Shown: one piece after another, positions 1 through 8,772 of the stretch
How positions within the stretch are numbered: position 1 is the first letter of the stretch
Layout: each line of letters opens with the position of its first letter
From: a virus
Lineage: Duplodnaviria; Caudoviricetes
Strand: one strand, 5' to 3'
DNA: 59,881 nt
Virus record (IMG/VR): IMGVR_UViG_3300046001_001163
Coordinates: 1-59,881 of that record
Translations under genes and position numbers: made by a program
Notes under the pieces: generated by a model
Told to the model about the DNA's origin: nothing
The model's input: only the letters and a program-made list of their open reading frames with translations
Databases searched by the model: none

Positions 1-197
1 CCGACTACTAGTAATAACTTCCATCCACCTTTAGCTTCAGATAAAGTCTTACTTATTTCTCTAATAGCGTCCTTTATTTCTTCCATGTCTTTAGTCATTT
101 TGTCCATGTCCGTTTGAAGGTGTCTTATATCTGCGCTATGAGTAGCAAGCTCTCTTACTGTTTGCATAGCTGGGTCATCTTCTCTACGATGCTCCAT
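1..197 (-). CDS. Hypothetical protein, 3' end outside the window; coiled coil followed by the start of a hydrophobic segment
   Basis: Read by hand: ATG at 197, MEHRREDDPAMQTVRELATHSADIRHLQTDMDKMTKDMEEIKDAIREISKTLSEAKGGWKLLLVV..., open to the window edge. Confidence 0.6.
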   Translation of the reverse strand, partial: MEHRREDDPAMQTVRELATHSADIRHLQTDMDKMTKDMEEIKDAIREISKTLSEAKGGWKLLLVV

Positions 198-200
198 GAC

Positions 201-503
201 TTAGCCATATACTACAGTTACACCCAAAGGTGCTACAGTTCCGGGGACATAAAACATACCACTATTAAATAATATACCTTGTCCGGGCATTAGTATACTG
301 CTTAAGTTAGAGTTTGTGCCTGTGTCTAGAGTTAACAGAATTGGGCCTGTAGCAGAACCATCTCTAAATGTAACAGTACCTGCACCAACCCCACCAGCAA
401 TAACAACACTCTTCATACGATATCGACCTGATACCATCAACACACCACCTGATGCTACAGAAGCACTGGAGTGAGCCGATTTGACGTCTGTTTGCATAGC
501 CAT
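201..503 (-). CDS. Small virion-associated hypothetical protein
   Basis: 100 aa, rich in G/V/T; AGGAG SD; lies in the head gene cluster. Confidence 0.55.
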   Translation of the reverse strand: MAMQTDVKSAHSSASVASGGVLMVSGRYRMKSVVIAGGVGAGTVTFRDGSATGPILLTLDTGTNSNLSSILMPGQGILFNSGMFYVPGTVAPLGVTVVYG

Positions 504-596
504 AATTAATCTCCTAAATGTGTAAAGTTAAGGGCGGGTTTATACATTCTCGTTTAAGGCTAAGGTCGATCAACTCTAGCCCCCTTAGATTAATTA

Positions 597-1085
597 TTAA
601 GCGTCAAACGTAGTTGAACGATCATCAGGTTGTGCATAAGTTAAAGTCACAACAACAGAACCAGCAGTAGGTTGGCCTACAGAAGTAATAGTAGTAACAA
701 TAGCAGAACAAGCTGATTCGCCAGTAATAGCACTAGATACGTCTAAAGTAGTTGATTGCATAGCAAGAAGCTGTGCAGCAGTGAACGTAGGAGTAATTCT
801 ACCAGCGGCGGCTTTAGTATTAACACCAGAAGCGTATTCAGTACCACCTGCAGTTTTACCTACAGACAGTGTAGCAGAAGTAGCTGAGTCAAATACAGTT
901 AAGACATCAACAACAATATTAAGTAACTGACAACCAGAAGGTAAGTAGTTAGTAACAGTTGAAGTTAAAGTGGTGTTGAAAGGAACAGTTTGAATTTGTT
1001 TTAAAACAGTAGTGCCAGTGTTTTTGTATTGATTGTACTTGATAGTACCTGATTTGACTGGACCTGAAAATGTAGTACGTGACAT
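597..1085 (-). CDS. Putative capsid decoration/minor structural protein
   Basis: Start moved to ATG 1085 (MSRTTFSGPVKSG), which follows AAGGA; Thr/Ser-rich beta-type composition; downstream of the major capsid gene. Confidence 0.55.
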   Translation of the reverse strand: MSRTTFSGPVKSGTIKYNQYKNTGTTVLKQIQTVPFNTTLTSTVTNYLPSGCQLLNIVVDVLTVFDSATSATLSVGKTAGGTEYASGVNTKAAAGRITPTFTAAQLLAMQSTTLDVSSAITGESACSAIVTTITSVGQPTAGSVVVTLTYAQPDDRSTTFDA

Positions 1086-1170
1086 ATTAGTTTCCTTCAT
1101 AGAAAGTATAAGCTTAGTAGTCTTCTATGCGTCTGCCGGGGCAGTCTACTAAGCCGGATATTCCCGGTAT
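1086..1170 (-). promoter_or_regulatory. Structured (pseudoknotted) 5' leader of the 597-1085 gene
   Basis: Minus strand: GGCUUAGUAG/CUACUAAGCU stem enclosing a CUGC-CCCG-GCAG hairpin and CAUAGAAG, which can pair with UUUCUAUG directly before the AAGGA SD. Confidence 0.55.
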
Positions 1171-1194
1171 TAGGGTACTTATACTACGGATTTA

Positions 1195-1773
1195 TTATTC
1201 GTGCAAGTTTATTTTATTTGATTTTTTGCTATTTTCTTCACGAGTTATAACTGCTAAGTTCCAAGGCACATGAAGGCCGCTAACAAGCTCGCCACGAAGC
1301 GGCACAATATGATCTACAGCATAGGGTACTCCAGTTACTTTACTTACAAGCATGGCATCTAAATAGAACTGTTTAATTTCTGTCTTATGTTCTTGAGTAA
1401 GCCATTTAGGTGTAGCTTGTTTGTGCTTGGTTCTGCGGTGTTTATCATTGGCTAACACTAGTTCAGGATTGGCTTTCTTCCATGTTTTTCTATACTTTGT
1501 AATATCTTCAGGACTTCTACTTAAAGCCCTTAATTTTACAACTTCTTTATTATTCTCATAGTATTTCTTACCTGCTTTTTTACTAGCTTCCGATTTTGGC
1601 AATAACGCACGTTTAGCATTAGTTTCTTCCCATTCTATTTTTAAACAATCCATGCAAGTGCCTTTAGTTTTACGCAGTGCTATATGCCCATGCTTACAGG
1701 GTACGCCTGTAAAATAATGAGTTGCTTTGGTTTCTTGCGCTTCTTTACGAGTGGTTGGGTATTCACTGTACAT
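1195..1773 (-). CDS. Free-standing HNH endonuclease
   Basis: C-terminal VDHIVPL...GLHVPWNL...ENSKKSN HNH motif; N-terminal CxxxH...CxxC. Confidence 0.85.
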   Translation of the reverse strand: MYSEYPTTRKEAQETKATHYFTGVPCKHGHIALRKTKGTCMDCLKIEWEETNAKRALLPKSEASKKAGKKYYENNKEVVKLRALSRSPEDITKYRKTWKKANPELVLANDKHRRTKHKQATPKWLTQEHKTEIKQFYLDAMLVSKVTGVPYAVDHIVPLRGELVSGLHVPWNLAVITREENSKKSNKINLHE

Positions 1774-1805
1774 TATATTCTCCTGTGGGTTTCGTTACAG
1801 GTAAT

Positions 1806-1833
1806 ATTATACAGATGTTTTTAAAAATAGCAA
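1806..1833 (-). promoter_or_regulatory. sigma70-like promoter for the HNH gene
   Basis: TTGCTA-16 bp-TATAAT on the minus strand, just after the capsid terminator. Confidence 0.5.
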
Positions 1834-1837
1834 ACAT

Positions 1838-1863
1838 AAAAAAGGCCCACCGAAGTGAGCCTT
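1838..1863 (-). terminator. Rho-independent terminator after the major capsid gene
   Basis: AAGGCTCAC-TTCG-GTGGGCCTT followed by a T tract. Confidence 0.85.
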
Positions 1864-1886
1864 AGTTTAGTCAGAGCCCTCTACTA

Positions 1887-2795
1887 TCAAGCGCCGGCAG
1901 AACCGTACATACTCAAGGGATCACTCCAACCGAAGCTGTAACGCTCGCGGCTGCGGTACCTTACATTTCCGGTGTCGAAATCTCCACTCATGTCATTAGT
2001 GATAGGAGCACGAACAAAATGCTTCATACCATTAGGTACATCAGTAGTTAAGAACCACCCATTGCTATCAGTCAAGAAATGGTTAATAGCATAGCCTTGT
2101 GGAATAGAACCGTTGTTTTTCAATGCGTTTAAGTCATTGTCAGCAGTTCCTACACGTTGTTCAGTTTCCAACAAGCGAGTTGCAACGAATTGCAATGCAG
2201 GTGGAACGATCAGCTTTTTAGGTTTAGCAGCAATCAACAAGCCACGCTCATCAGTCCATGCAGCGATTTGGATAACAGCCGCTTCTAAAGAAGTTTCGTT
2301 TAAATCAGCAGGAGTAGAAGGAATGTTGCTGTTAGTAGCGCCATTAACTAAAGGGTGAGCAGATGAGAACAACGCAACGCCGTCACCACCAACATAAGCT
2401 GCAGAGAAACCGTTGTTTAAAACAGCAGCACCTTTAACTTGTTTGGTGTAAGACATAGCACGAGCCAAACCTTTAGTATAACGAGCAGACAAAGAGTCAT
2501 ACAAGTTATCTTCAATAGCTTCTTCAGTTAAAGAAAAACCTAAAGCAATAGTTTCGTGGTTGTAGCGAGCAGTCCAAGCTTCTTGAGCATTGTCATAACT
2601 AATGGCTGAGCCTTCGTTTTTGACAGGTGCTGCTGAGAAACCAGACAATTTTGTTTCTTCTTCAAATGAACGTTCTGATGATTCAGTTTCATAAATTTCT
2701 TTATGTTCTTCACCGTAACGAGCATATTCTAAACCGAAAAGAGCGTTAAGACCCGGAAGCAACTCTTTCAGTAATTGTGCGCGTGAAATAGCCAT
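1887..2795 (-). CDS. Major capsid protein
   Basis: 302 aa, MAISRAQLLKELLPGLNALFGLEY... with a PKKLIVPPAL motif typical of this phage capsid family; strong SD; followed by a terminator; downstream of the scaffold gene. Confidence 0.85.
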   Translation of the reverse strand: MAISRAQLLKELLPGLNALFGLEYARYGEEHKEIYETESSERSFEEETKLSGFSAAPVKNEGSAISYDNAQEAWTARYNHETIALGFSLTEEAIEDNLYDSLSARYTKGLARAMSYTKQVKGAAVLNNGFSAAYVGGDGVALFSSAHPLVNGATNSNIPSTPADLNETSLEAAVIQIAAWTDERGLLIAAKPKKLIVPPALQFVATRLLETEQRVGTADNDLNALKNNGSIPQGYAINHFLTDSNGWFLTTDVPNGMKHFVRAPITNDMSGDFDTGNVRYRSRERYSFGWSDPLSMYGSAGA

Positions 2796-2806
2796 TATTA
2801 AACTCC

Positions 2807-3634
2807 TTAAGCAGCAGTTGCGTTGTAGTAACTTGAAACGCCAAAGTTAAGCTTTACCAATACTTCAGTGTATTGAGTAATAACGATAACAGCGGCAGCA
2901 GGGATTGTAACTTGTGATGCTAAGTTTAAGGCGATAGTAGTACCACCAACAGCAACAGCAGTTGTTACAAATGAGCCTGTTTCTACAATTTGACCATTAG
3001 CTGCAACAAATGCAACGTCAGAGCCAGCAAGAATTGCTACAGGACTAGCAGGGATAGTAATGTTAGTAGTAGTAGTTGAAGTACTAGGAACACTAACTGA
3101 TACAGCTGTTTCAGGAACTACGTCTAATACACGTAATGGAAGAGCAGCAGTAGTAGCAGGAGCGCCAGCAGCAACAACAGCCAATACAGCATTAGTAGAG
3201 TTACCAGCAGCAATGTTACCAGCCGCAGTATCAATCATAGCCATATTCTGACCAATCATAGCTTTGCTAGTAGCACCAACAACAGTAGTACCTGAACAAA
3301 CAACAGCTTTAAATACAGCATCAGGATCGTCACTAACGATAGCAACAGCATCGCCAGCAAGAGTTCCAGTAGGCCAGTACTGTGAAAACAACTTTTGTTT
3401 AGTGGTTGGGTTAGTATAAGAACAACCTAAGAATACACCAACAACTGCACCAGTAGTGTTAACAACTGCACGTACAATAGAACCTCTAGCTAAAGTAACA
3501 GCGTCACCATAGAAGATGTTAGCCGCATATCCGTATTGGATAGGGTATTCACGAGTAGAGCCAGCGAAAACCTGACCTCCAATCAAACTTACGGGTTTCA
3601 GACCGTATGGGGCACTTACAACAGGGTAAGCCAT
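2807..3634 (-). CDS. Putative capsid decoration/cement protein
   Basis: 275 aa, rich in A/V/T; immediately upstream of the major capsid gene; GGAGG SD. Confidence 0.55.
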   Translation of the reverse strand: MAYPVVSAPYGLKPVSLIGGQVFAGSTREYPIQYGYAANIFYGDAVTLARGSIVRAVVNTTGAVVGVFLGCSYTNPTTKQKLFSQYWPTGTLAGDAVAIVSDDPDAVFKAVVCSGTTVVGATSKAMIGQNMAMIDTAAGNIAAGNSTNAVLAVVAAGAPATTAALPLRVLDVVPETAVSVSVPSTSTTTTNITIPASPVAILAGSDVAFVAANGQIVETGSFVTTAVAVGGTTIALNLASQVTIPAAAVIVITQYTEVLVKLNFGVSSYYNATAA

Positions 3635-3659
3635 ATTAAACCTCCAAAATTAAAATTAA

Positions 3660-4106
3660 CTATTGTCTACCAAATGATGTTGTAGATTTTCGCTCATTAA
3701 AGAGTGGCATTCTAGGATCACTTTGGCGCATTAAATTATTATCTACTGCTTCTGTTTGAGCCTGAGTTTGTTTATTGAAATGCTCATTACGCTGTTCAAT
3801 AAATTCTGTAGGGGTCTTACATAGCAATAAACCACCAATCTCTATGTTGTCTCTAAAACGACTAGTAGGGTCGATTAACAGTTGCATTTGCGGTTGTTCC
3901 GACACATTAACAGGTTCCCAGCCTTCTCTCAGTTTTGCTGAAAGGTTACGTGGGTCAGCTGCATTTAATGTTGACGTTCTAATCCATCTGTACGCATAGC
4001 CCGGTTGTTTATCCGGTTCTGGTAGAAGTTCAGCTGGTGCCCACTGCTTAGGACGGGCTGAAGTATCACGCGTTGTTACATCTCTTTGTATTCTGTTATC
4101 AGCCAT
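3660..4106 (-). CDS. Hypothetical head-module protein
   Basis: 148 aa with YRWIR...EGWEPV...GGLLLCK; lies between the scaffold and capsid genes. Confidence 0.6.
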   Translation of the reverse strand: MADNRIQRDVTTRDTSARPKQWAPAELLPEPDKQPGYAYRWIRTSTLNAADPRNLSAKLREGWEPVNVSEQPQMQLLIDPTSRFRDNIEIGGLLLCKTPTEFIEQRNEHFNKQTQAQTEAVDNNLMRQSDPRMPLFNERKSTTSFGRQ

Positions 4107-4107
4107 C

Positions 4108-5058
4108 TTAGGCCTCCAATTTGGTTAGTTCACGGGCGTATTGTTCATTAGTTAGTCCAAATTTCTTGGCTAATGCAACTTGAGTCTTGCTGAGTGACAC
4201 CTTTTTAGGGGCTGTGCTTCTCTTTGCAGACGCTACTACCGTGCTAAGTTTTGATGTACGTTGGGCTTTAGGCTCATCGTTTGAATCGCTAAATTCTTCT
4301 GGGAATCTGCGTTGTACTTCTTGGTCGATACGTTTGTAATATTCATCGCTTCCAACGAACTTATCCCCGTAAGTGTCTACAAGGTCTTCGTGTATGCCTA
4401 CAGCGAATCTACTCATGACTTTCTTAGTTGGGTCAACATACCACGGATTTTCGGCTACCCATTCCGCTGCCTTCGGGTCTTGCTGTACAGCGCGTTGCTG
4501 TTTTTGTAGTAATTGTGCACCTGTATGGGCGTTTTGTGCAGTAGGCCTGAAGTTTTGAGCTTTGTCAAGCTTATTTGTCGCTTTCATCAATTCTTCTTGT
4601 GCTTCGATGATTGCATCGGTATTTCCGTAGTCATAAGCTTCCTTATAATTACGTTTAGCCTTCTCCATTTCTAACTCAGCAGAGGATTGATAAGTGCTTA
4701 TTAACTCCTTTTCTCCTGATTGAAGTAAAGATTTAAGATGATGATTCTCATCCAGTATTTTTTGCGCTACAGCTAGAGCTTCTTCTTGCTCACGATAGGC
4801 TTCTTCTTTTAGCCTACGTTCATCGTGCCACGCTTTTTTATACTGTTTAAACTTAGTTTGTACCTTGCCAGAATAGTCATCGGACTCATCAGCAGTTTCT
4901 AACTCATCTACTATATCTTTAGGTAATGGTGGTCTAGCGTTTCTATCAGCTACGGGTGTATCATCTTCTATTTCAATTTCAATCTCATCATTATCTATTT
5001 CTACATTCCCACCAGCTTCATCAGGGAACTCATAATCATCTGCTTCATACTTAGCCAT
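4108..5058 (-). CDS. Putative capsid scaffolding protein
   Basis: Acidic N-terminus, coiled coil, C-terminal helix (LSKTQVALAKKFGLTNEQYA); position between portal and capsid genes. Confidence 0.65.
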   Translation of the reverse strand: MAKYEADDYEFPDEAGGNVEIDNDEIEIEIEDDTPVADRNARPPLPKDIVDELETADESDDYSGKVQTKFKQYKKAWHDERRLKEEAYREQEEALAVAQKILDENHHLKSLLQSGEKELISTYQSSAELEMEKAKRNYKEAYDYGNTDAIIEAQEELMKATNKLDKAQNFRPTAQNAHTGAQLLQKQQRAVQQDPKAAEWVAENPWYVDPTKKVMSRFAVGIHEDLVDTYGDKFVGSDEYYKRIDQEVQRRFPEEFSDSNDEPKAQRTSKLSTVVASAKRSTAPKKVSLSKTQVALAKKFGLTNEQYARELTKLEA

Positions 5059-5069
5059 TTTATTTTCCT

Positions 5070-5486
5070 TTAAACTCTGGAGATACCGCGAGGATCAAGA
5101 ACAATACCCTCAACACTATCATCATTAATCATGCGCATTTCTGTACCATGTATCTTCATACGAGTACCTGCGTTTGGTCTTACAAGGACAAAATCCCCAA
5201 CCTTGCACCAAGGTCCAGAAGGGAAACGCTCTTTGTCATTGTAACAATCAGGACCCATAGCCACAACAAACAGCACAGTAGCCAGAAGACCTTCATGCCG
5301 CAGCGTTTCATCAGCTTTAAGAATGCCACTTTCATATTCTTTCTCCACTTCAGGTAGTGCGCATAGTATACGATACCCTGTTGGTGTAGGCAGTTGAGTC
5401 GCCTTTTCTTCATTAGTAGCTGAGAAGTCTATAGACCCCACAACTTGAGGATTGTTTGGGTTAGACCCAATTAAGATTTTACTCAT
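5070..5486 (-). CDS. groES: GroES-like co-chaperonin (Cpn10)
   Basis: PTGYRIL...ESGIL...VVAMGP...KVGDFVL...AGT...MINDDSVEGIV matches the Cpn10 pattern. Confidence 0.85.
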   Translation of the reverse strand: MSKILIGSNPNNPQVVGSIDFSATNEEKATQLPTPTGYRILCALPEVEKEYESGILKADETLRHEGLLATVLFVVAMGPDCYNDKERFPSGPWCKVGDFVLVRPNAGTRMKIHGTEMRMINDDSVEGIVLDPRGISRV

Positions 5487-5674
5487 TCGTCTTCAAACTC
5501 CAGTTTCTTAGTTAGTACTTCTATGGCGCTTCGTGCCTGATCTAAGCCTTGAATTTGCCCACATATGTATTTATATGCGGCGTAATCTTCAGCCCGACCA
5601 GATGCTAACGCTTGTGTTAATAACGATATTCTGTCATCAATTTGTTTAAATAGAATCTCCGCTTCTCTATCCAT
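5483..5674 (-). CDS. Hypothetical protein
   Basis: 63 aa; its stop overlaps the groES start (ATGA). Confidence 0.65.
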   Translation of the reverse strand: MDREAEILFKQIDDRISLLTQALASGRAEDYAAYKYICGQIQGLDQARSAIEVLTKKLEFEDE

Positions 5675-5726
5675 TATTTAGTTACTCTTATAATAATCTC
5701 TTCGTGTATTTTATATCCAATACAGT

Positions 5727-5760
5727 ATAAAATAAAACCTAGCACCCCTACGAGTGCTAG
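5727..5760 (-). terminator. Probable terminator after the portal gene
   Basis: CTAGCAC-8 nt-GTGCTAG followed by GTTTTATTTT on the minus strand. Confidence 0.55.
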
Positions 5761-5807
5761 TAGCTTAATAGGTAATAGCACCAATTCTACAAAAATAGTT
5801 CCTGTCA

Positions 5808-8759
5808 TTATTTAGTTCCTTCAACAAGTTCACCTGTAGGTAGTACTAAATGTGTTCCTTTTTTCTCCTGATTAACAAAGTATTCACTTAATTTTTCAGG
5901 TGATTTATTTTTTAAGTTGTGCTCAGATGGGTGAAAGTAATATCGACCTTCCTCTCCTTTTTGCCATTTACCACCTTGTGCATCAGCGTTAGAGTATTTA
6001 CTTTGTTCTGAAAAAGTAGGGTGGTTAGGTAGCTTATAAGTATCTGGATAATGATCTTCTTCCCCTGCACGAGGTTTTATCTTTCCACTTTTAACAGCAG
6101 CTTTATACCCTTCCATATCATAGTCAGAGTGAATTACCCCACCCTCTTTAAAACCTTCAGGCTTTTTTCCACCTACCTCTCCTCCTTTAGTTTGAGCTGT
6201 TCGTTGTGCTTGTCTCTCAGCTTGTTGGTGTTGCCTTTCAGCTAAAAACTTAGCATGATCTTGTTGTTGATTACTTTGGCCTCTTAAATGCTCACGTTCA
6301 CTTTCTTTCATAGCTACATCTATACCCAGTTTTGCAGCTAACTGATCTTGCTTAGCAGTTATTTGAGCTTGAGTATCTTGCAACTTAGCATTGATTTGTG
6401 CACCAGCAGATTGTTGTTGAGCACCAATACGTTCACGATCAACTTGTATCTTCATCGCTTCCAACTGAGCATCAGACTGATCTTTAGCTACTTTACGTTG
6501 TAAGTCTTGAGCTTTAAGTTGCAGCTCTTGTTGTTGCATTTGTATCAACGGGTCTTGAGCTTGTTGCTGAGCTTGTTGCTGTTGAGCTTGTTGTTGCCCT
6601 TGCTGTAACAACTGTTGTGCAGCTTGAGCTGCCATTTGAGATATTTGAACTTCCATATCATCAGGAATTGTTACTTGATTGTCAGATTCATCTTCACCAT
6701 AAGTAGGTATGTTCATACCCATAGCTTGCTCAATCTGTTTTCTATACTCATATCCTAAGTGTTCATTTATATGTGCACTCATAGCAGCTTGCAGTGCTTG
6801 CATAGCCTGTGGATTTTGGCCCATAGATTGTTGAAGCACCTGTTGTATTTCAGGAGATTGCATTGCAGATGTATGTACAGCAATGTGAGCTTGATGATCT
6901 TGATACAAGAACGCCTTAACAGGTTTATTTTTGAGGATGTTCTGATTCTCTGTAACTGGGTCACGGGGTTTCATATCATCTTCCATGGGTACTAACTTTT
7001 GGTAATTAGGAATACCTAACACTTCCAGCATTTGTCTATGTAAAACAGGTAAGTTATATAGCTGTGGTGCGCCTTGTGCTAGTTGTAGGGCTGCCTGATA
7101 CTGGACGACTCTCTGTGCCATTGTGGAGGCATTAGGGTCTGATACAGGAAGTACGTATACCAAATCATAATCAGCTTTCTTAGCGCGTCTGCTACCTTCT
7201 GTAGGGTCATAATCGTATTCATCAGGGGTATAGTCTCTTATAATATTACGTAGTAAGATAAACTCTTGCTTCATCGAGTAGTGTATACGCGACTGTACTG
7301 CACTCATTACTTTAAGCGTTCTCTCGAGTACAGCGAGTGTTGTACCAACAGGACTATTAGAGGACATATCAGAGACAGCAAGATCAGCAGCCCCAGCAAA
7401 ACGGCGACCTTCATCGACTATACTCCCTAGCAAAGTTAATAATGTTTGACTTGGTTCTTTGTACGGCAGTGGCATAAAGTTATCACGCATTACACCTGAT
7501 GGCACATCTACGTCTCTCCACTCACCCGGAGCAATCGGAGTATCATCACCCTTAACCCTTAGTCCTCTAGTTTTAAAGCCCCCCGGAAGATTACTGAGAG
7601 TGCCCGCATCAACCAGCTGGCGAAGGATTGAAGTACTAGACTTGGCGAAAGCACCAATAAGATGAATAAGCCCAAAACAGTAAAAGCCAAAACCCGGCAC
7701 ATAACCATAATGAACGAAGTGATTGCGTTTTTTAGAAGATTCATCATCAGGGTCCCAATTTCTACGAATTGATAGGATTGTGTTTGTGCCTTTTTCGATA
7801 GTAACTACGTACGGCAACGCTATATCAGTTTGCTTTCCTTCATGATCTTCGTGCTCAAAACCTTCAAGATTAATCTCAACATGCATTTCTAACAGTTTAA
7901 ACCGATCATCCGTTGACGCTCTGAAACCAAGCTTATCAGCTATCTTCTTCTCAATATCGTCCATAGTATTGGAAGGTTCACCCAAATCTACATCTCTATA
8001 AAAACCTTCATACTGTAGTCTGCGTATTTCATTCTCAGTCTTCCGCATTATGTGAGTTACACGTTCTGCACTCTGTAAGTCAGCTGCACCATACGGTACA
8101 ACGATATCTTCAGCAGGTACGTACATAGCAACTTGACGGCCTAAGTACGGGTCATAATATACTTTCTTAAAGGCGTTACCAGCCAATCCTAGGCCCCATA
8201 ACATGCGCTCATGCTCTGGTCTGTATTCAGTCATCACATCGGTAAGCTGATAGTTCATGTCGTCTTGAACACGCTGTGCAGCTTCTTTCTTCTCTTCAGT
8301 CTCTTTACCAATGATCTGTGTTTTAACTGGACCAGACGCAGGAAACGTTGCAGTAATAGTCTCTGCTTGGAACTTAATAACAGCCTCAGTTAACAGTGGG
8401 TGATACACACCACATGCACCTTCCCAAGGTTCTGAGCGGTCTTCCATCTTAAGACCTAGTAACTCAAGCCCATCAACATAAGTTTGAACCCAATCTTTCC
8501 TAGCGCTTACATCAGACTCGAAGTCATTAATAAGATCAGAAGCAAGCGATTGTAGAGCCGACTCATCCATCTCTTCAGCAAGATTCATGCTGAACTTTTC
8601 TTCATCAACTTCTTTTTGAATCTTAAGAATCTCTTGTTCACCTAAGCTAATCGTTACTGACTCAGGGTCTTCAATCTCAATCTCTAACGGTTCTTGATCT
8701 TCTTCTATAGGTATAGCATCTAAGCCCATCGGGGCTGGGTTCACACTTTTGTCTATCAT
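5808..8759 (-). CDS. Portal protein (P22-like, long Q-rich barrel helix) with an extra C-terminal domain
   Basis: 983 aa directly after TerL; GNAFKKVYYD and YGYVPGFGFYCFGLIH portal-type motifs; long Q-rich coiled coil. Confidence 0.85.
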   Translation of the reverse strand: MIDKSVNPAPMGLDAIPIEEDQEPLEIEIEDPESVTISLGEQEILKIQKEVDEEKFSMNLAEEMDESALQSLASDLINDFESDVSARKDWVQTYVDGLELLGLKMEDRSEPWEGACGVYHPLLTEAVIKFQAETITATFPASGPVKTQIIGKETEEKKEAAQRVQDDMNYQLTDVMTEYRPEHERMLWGLGLAGNAFKKVYYDPYLGRQVAMYVPAEDIVVPYGAADLQSAERVTHIMRKTENEIRRLQYEGFYRDVDLGEPSNTMDDIEKKIADKLGFRASTDDRFKLLEMHVEINLEGFEHEDHEGKQTDIALPYVVTIEKGTNTILSIRRNWDPDDESSKKRNHFVHYGYVPGFGFYCFGLIHLIGAFAKSSTSILRQLVDAGTLSNLPGGFKTRGLRVKGDDTPIAPGEWRDVDVPSGVMRDNFMPLPYKEPSQTLLTLLGSIVDEGRRFAGAADLAVSDMSSNSPVGTTLAVLERTLKVMSAVQSRIHYSMKQEFILLRNIIRDYTPDEYDYDPTEGSRRAKKADYDLVYVLPVSDPNASTMAQRVVQYQAALQLAQGAPQLYNLPVLHRQMLEVLGIPNYQKLVPMEDDMKPRDPVTENQNILKNKPVKAFLYQDHQAHIAVHTSAMQSPEIQQVLQQSMGQNPQAMQALQAAMSAHINEHLGYEYRKQIEQAMGMNIPTYGEDESDNQVTIPDDMEVQISQMAAQAAQQLLQQGQQQAQQQQAQQQAQDPLIQMQQQELQLKAQDLQRKVAKDQSDAQLEAMKIQVDRERIGAQQQSAGAQINAKLQDTQAQITAKQDQLAAKLGIDVAMKESEREHLRGQSNQQQDHAKFLAERQHQQAERQAQRTAQTKGGEVGGKKPEGFKEGGVIHSDYDMEGYKAAVKSGKIKPRAGEEDHYPDTYKLPNHPTFSEQSKYSNADAQGGKWQKGEEGRYYFHPSEHNLKNKSPEKLSEYFVNQEKKGTHLVLPTGELVEGTK

Positions 8760-8772
8760 TTTGTTTCCTTAA

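Noticed and set aside
1195-1773. Group I intron-encoded endonuclease
   Set aside because: Both flanking genes are intact, and the HNH gene has its own promoter and SD after a terminator.
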